Shown: piece after piece, positions 16,199-19,867 of the stretch
Layout: the number at the start of each line of letters is the position of its first letter
Numbering within the stretch: the first letter of the stretch is position 1
Source: Candidatus Hermodarchaeota archaeon
GTDB lineage: Archaea; Asgardarchaeota; Heimdallarchaeia; Hodarchaeales; Hodarchaeaceae
Direction: 5' to 3'
Length of the DNA stretch: 19,867 nucleotides
Assembly: GCA_048886185.1 (NCBI GenBank)
Contig: JBHLKY010000040.1
Location: forward strand, 1 to 19,867
The notes under the pieces: model-generated
Databases searched by the model: none
What the model was told of the DNA's origin: nothing
The model's input: only the letters and a program-made list of their open reading frames with translations
Translations under genes and position numbers: made by a program

Positions 16199-16629
16199 AA
16201 ACCTATAGCAACACAGTAAGCACATATAAAAAGAGATTTAATTTAGCAAATATCATTAATTAAATGAATAATATTCATGGGGTCTTGTAGTTCCGTTTTA
16301 TAACATTTTATATACTGGAACAAGTTTTTTGTTATGTTAAATGACTAACTGTTTTTATATAAAATTTTTTTTCATTCTTATCTTTATTAAGTCCAAACAA
16401 CCTTAAAAGATGAAAAGGAAAGCAAAAAGAGGATTTATAAGATTTACATTGAATTTGGGCATGAAAAAAATTTTTGTGAATATAAAACACTCCCAAGTCA
16501 GTTTTTTTATCCGTATATTTTTAAGAAATCAAGTTTCCTTAATAAAATAAAGAGCTTCTAAATTGATTGCTCAATGATATATCTTTGATAATACTATTTT
16601 ATTATCTATAGAATGGATAGGGGGATTTG

Positions 16630-16651
16630 TCCTATGGTATTACACATAGGA
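16630..16651. repeat. Inverted repeat TCCTATG-N8-CATAGGA upstream of the caspase-like gene
   Basis: 7-bp arms at 16630-16636 and 16645-16651, 24 nt before ATG 16676. Confidence 0.4.
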
Positions 16652-16675
16652 GTTTAAGTTCCGAGGGAAAAAAAA

Positions 16676-17728
16676 ATGAAAATAATTAAATCTAGAATAC
16701 TAATATTCTTTGTATTTTTAACAGTCATCCCAGTCACTGGAGCTCTAGCGACGGATACTGGGGCTGTTGAAGGTTATATAGATAACACATCAAACGAGGA
16801 TCTCTCAAATGTAAAGGTTACTCTACTTAAAAATGGGATCTACAAGGATCACGATTATACTGATGGGAATGGCTATTTTTTTGTCGAGTATCCCGATTTT
16901 TTCTTTGAACCAATGTATGTAGTTTTGAAGTGTGAAAAGCATGGATATCGAACGAAGTACGTCGGAACCACAATTGAGCCTTTTGAAACAACTCGGAAAG
17001 ATGCCACTTTAAATTTCAAACGGGCATCGATTGTTGGTATATCTGACTACAAGGTTATTTATGACTTGAATTATTGCGATGAAGATGCAACCGATTGGTA
17101 TAACTTCTTGGATAGCAAAGGTTATAACTGCAAAGTACTTGGGGATAGCCATCCAGGGAACTACCCTCGTTACGACGCTAAAGCAACGGAAGAAAATTAC
17201 AAGTCATATTTAGAGGATTTAATTGATGATGCGTATTCAGGTGATTCGATCATATTCACAACTGCAGGCCATGGCGATGGCAATGGCCAAGGTAGCAGTT
17301 ACATAGATGCTTGGGATAGTGGTTCTGGAGAATCTGGTGAAGATGGTAAGCTCTATGATACTGAATTAAATTCAATCTTTGACGATCTGAGAGATGGTGC
17401 TAAAGCTTTCGTCTTTATTGACCATTGTCTCTCGGGTGGAATAGGGCCAGATCTGATGAATAGCAATAATGGTGATCAAATCTACTGTGCAACGACTTGT
17501 ACAGATAGTGGCCATGGATATGACAATGGCGATTATCATAACGGATTATGGACGTATTATTTCTTAGATTTCTCCTGGCAGCAGGAATATGGGGGAAATC
17601 CTGGGTATTCATTGGAGACGATTTTCGATTATGCTCATGAATATTATTCTGACGAAGAGCAGCCGGAATATCCAGAAGATGAACCCCAAGAATTTGATGG
17701 GAATCCAAGTTATTCATTTTATATCTAA
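16676..17728 (+). CDS. Secreted caspase-fold (clan CD; C14/C13-like) cysteine peptidase with an N-terminal carboxypeptidase-regulatory-like beta domain
   Basis: Signal peptide MKIIKSRILIFFVFLTVIPVTGALA; beta domain GAVEGYI...VKVTL...TDGNGYF; then IVGISDY...LNYCDEDA, KATEEN, IIFTTAGHG (His199), FVFIDHCLSGG (Cys251) and NGLWTYYFL. Confidence 0.8.
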   Translation: MKIIKSRILIFFVFLTVIPVTGALATDTGAVEGYIDNTSNEDLSNVKVTLLKNGIYKDHDYTDGNGYFFVEYPDFFFEPMYVVLKCEKHGYRTKYVGTTIEPFETTRKDATLNFKRASIVGISDYKVIYDLNYCDEDATDWYNFLDSKGYNCKVLGDSHPGNYPRYDAKATEENYKSYLEDLIDDAYSGDSIIFTTAGHGDGNGQGSSYIDAWDSGSGESGEDGKLYDTELNSIFDDLRDGAKAFVFIDHCLSGGIGPDLMNSNNGDQIYCATTCTDSGHGYDNGDYHNGLWTYYFLDFSWQQEYGGNPGYSLETIFDYAHEYYSDEEQPEYPEDEPQEFDGNPSYSFYI

Positions 17729-17784
17729 ATAGAATGATAACTTTAAAAACGAATTCCCATTCTTTTTTTATGAAGTAGCTAAAG

Positions 17785-18825
17785 ATGGCATCAACATCTC
17801 AAACCAATGAAAATGGAGAATTAAACGACCATTCAAAACCATTTATCCTACCACTAGCTCTCATACTAGCTTTTATTTTTACACTTGCTTTCTATTACGT
17901 AGTGGATGAACTTCCAAAAAGCATTAATAGAATTTTGAAGGATTTTTTTCCTGATTATTCAATTGGTTCAACAGAACAGATGACTTCCTTTGAAAACCTT
18001 CTCAGGCCAATCGGGTATATGTGTTTTTTTGGTGTATTGATTTTAATATTTCTTGGATTCCTCAGCAAACGGTTTAAACTCACTTTTCTCGGATCTTTAA
18101 CCTTTTACTTACCAATTTTCGGCCATTTTGCCGCAACAATGTTCTTATTCGCAGGAATTGGCGTTCTACGAATTTTTTGGATGCCATTGCTTGAATCATC
18201 CTTATTTTCAATTGACCTACTAAAACTTGGGGAGGTTGTCTTATTACCCTATTATTTATTGAAAGAAATAATATCAGATTTAGGAGGAGGAAATCCATCA
18301 TTTATTTCAAAGTTCGCATTTAATTTCAGTAATTCAATGATTGGTTTAGGCATACTTATTTTTCTTTTCAGTACCATGACTTGGATATATGGGCGATATA
18401 CATCTCAAACTCTTTTACTTGATCTTTGGATTTACAAATATTCCCGACACCCCCAATACTTAGGCCTCCTTGTGTGGAGTTATGGTCTCTTGGTTCAAGT
18501 AGGATCATTGTCATATCCAAAAGGGGGATATGTCCCTACTCCAAGCTTACCTTGGGTAATATTTATCTTTATAATAATAGGGGTCGCTTTACAAGAGGAA
18601 CTCAATCTCCTAGAAGAATTTCCCGATGCTTATACAGCCTATTGTCAGAAGACTTCTTTTATCCTCCCTCTTCCTAAACTGATAACTATTTCCATAACGA
18701 AAATGAATAGTTTTTTCCTGAGAAAGGCTAGACCAGAGCGAGGTAAAGATATTATACTTATTTTAGGTGTATATTTCGGGATTTTAACCATCCTTTCATT
18801 CTTTCTTTTATACCTTAGTCAATAG
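17785..18825 (+). CDS. Integral membrane methyltransferase, ICMT/Ste14/PEMT-like family, with a long N-terminal membrane extension
   Basis: C-terminal half has IYKYSRHPQYLG and EELNLLEEFPDAYTAYCQKTSFILP; about 8 hydrophobic segments. Confidence 0.75.
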   Translation: MASTSQTNENGELNDHSKPFILPLALILAFIFTLAFYYVVDELPKSINRILKDFFPDYSIGSTEQMTSFENLLRPIGYMCFFGVLILIFLGFLSKRFKLTFLGSLTFYLPIFGHFAATMFLFAGIGVLRIFWMPLLESSLFSIDLLKLGEVVLLPYYLLKEIISDLGGGNPSFISKFAFNFSNSMIGLGILIFLFSTMTWIYGRYTSQTLLLDLWIYKYSRHPQYLGLLVWSYGLLVQVGSLSYPKGGYVPTPSLPWVIFIFIIIGVALQEELNLLEEFPDAYTAYCQKTSFILPLPKLITISITKMNSFFLRKARPERGKDIILILGVYFGILTILSFFLLYLSQ

Positions 18826-19010
18826 ATCATCTCTTTTTCTGACCCTCTCTTCCTCTTAGTTTTGTTAAATTACTGAGGTTTTCATTAATCTTTTTCGGGC
18901 AATATCATCGAAGCAATAAATATGATGAACAAGTTGTTTCATAAGAAAAGAATATTTAGTCTCATTCACCTGAAATACTCACAGTAGGAAATCATCCGAG
19001 CCTAGAATTT

Positions 19011-19439
19011 CTAAAGATTTGAGTAACGAGTTTTTTTGATGACATGAAAAGCAAGATGTTTTAGGAATTCAGTCTTAAATGAATTACCAAATGATGTAAG
19101 TCCATATATAGCCCCTATCCGTTCTTTCGGGGTGTAATTTCTGACAATCTTCATTTTTTTGAATTGTTTGATCACCCGAGAGACATTTGTTGGTGAAATA
19201 CCAGTTAATATACTGATCTCAGTTTGGGTCAGATTTTCATTCAATAGTAAGTGGTAAATTTGTCGACGATTTTTCCCTCTTAGTACAAAAACAAGACTTT
19301 TTGTCTTATTTTTCTGAGTTTTAGCTGATTTAATATCTATTTTTGAGTTATCCTTGTCTTTAACAATGTAAGCTAGTTCTATTAGTGTAACCAGTCTTTT
19401 TGGGGGCATCTTCTCCCATGAACTTCCCTCTCTCTTCAT
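19011..19439 (-). CDS. Winged helix-turn-helix transcriptional regulator (ArsR/MarR-like, archaeal type); start uncertain
   Basis: LRGKNRRQIYHLLLNENLTQTEISILTGISPTNVSRVIKQFKKMKIV...RIGAIYGLTSFG (HTH plus wing ending YxLT). Confidence 0.8.
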   Translation of the reverse strand: MKREGSSWEKMPPKRLVTLIELAYIVKDKDNSKIDIKSAKTQKNKTKSLVFVLRGKNRRQIYHLLLNENLTQTEISILTGISPTNVSRVIKQFKKMKIVRNYTPKERIGAIYGLTSFGNSFKTEFLKHLAFHVIKKTRYSNL

Positions 19440-19841
19440 TATTAATTTTCAACACGACCCCACGTTTAACAATTGATTCTCCCAGTAATTCTTTTCTTAT
19501 AGTAAAGTCGAGGGATTACAGTTCAATTACTTTTTAAGAGTATTAGATGTAAAAAACTACAATTATTCATACTTTTCTTGCATTGAAATTTATCAACCAA
19601 ATTTGAATACATTTGTTTATTATGGGACTGAGAAATTTAAATCTTAGATAAACTGATTTAGGGTCATTTTATTAGTTTATTAACGATGCAATAAAGAGAA
19701 GAGTCATGAATAAGTCTATTCTGCTATTAAAATTCTTATTAAAAGAAAAAAAGAAAGCTCTTATTGTATCTCATAAATCTTAGAGATAACAACACCCAAA
19801 AACTTCTATATAAATTTCTGACATAGCGTTGGGTATACTCA

Positions 19842-19863
19842 AAAATGACTTCAAAATGACTTC
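19842..19863 (+). repeat. Two tandem copies of the 11-mer AAAATGACTTC
   Basis: Exact copies at 19842-19852 and 19853-19863, close to the window end. Confidence 0.7.
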
Positions 19864-19867
19864 ATAA

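Noticed and set aside
16410-16550. 46-codon ORF MKRKAKRGFIRFTLNLG... in the AT-rich intergenic region
   Set aside because: No SD or recognisable motif, and K/F/I-rich composition as expected by chance in AT-rich DNA.
17415-18677. ORF-track ORFs 17415-17717 (-), 18080-18301 (-) and 18426-18677 (+, alternative frame)
   Set aside because: They overlap stronger genes (caspase-like and ICMT-like) and carry no independent evidence.
19440-19867. CRISPR array or IS end at the right edge
   Set aside because: Only two 11-bp tandem units with no spacers, no terminal inverted repeats and no transposase or cas gene in view.

Overview
AT-rich, gene-dense prokaryotic window, most likely archaeal: it has a PurP pair, an archaeal-type HTH-PRTase, an archaeal-type winged-helix regulator and a TATA/BRE-like promoter. 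The lineage cannot be assigned from sequence alone; Asgard is only a guess. Bases 1-14552 are a divergent de novo purine biosynthesis supercluster around a ~196-bp intergenic region. The leftward arm is purC-folD-purN-purE-(small ORF?)-purF-purD-purM-HTH/PRTase, and the last gene runs off the window edge. The rightward arm is purSL fusion-purQ-purP-like-purP-guaA (fused). I make two corrections to the ORF track. (i) It misses an HTH + phosphoribosyltransferase gene at <1..638, a candidate PRPP-sensing pur regulator. (ii) purC extends 48 codons upstream of its called GTG, and the only plausible start there is a non-canonical ATA at 7200. The divergent promoter holds two perfect palindromes, one lying over the predicted TATA box. 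The right ~5 kb is accessory: a possible gene remnant, two hypothetical membrane proteins, a secreted caspase-fold protease, an ICMT/Ste14-like membrane methyltransferase and a winged-helix regulator. I saw no rRNA, tRNA, CRISPR array or transposase.
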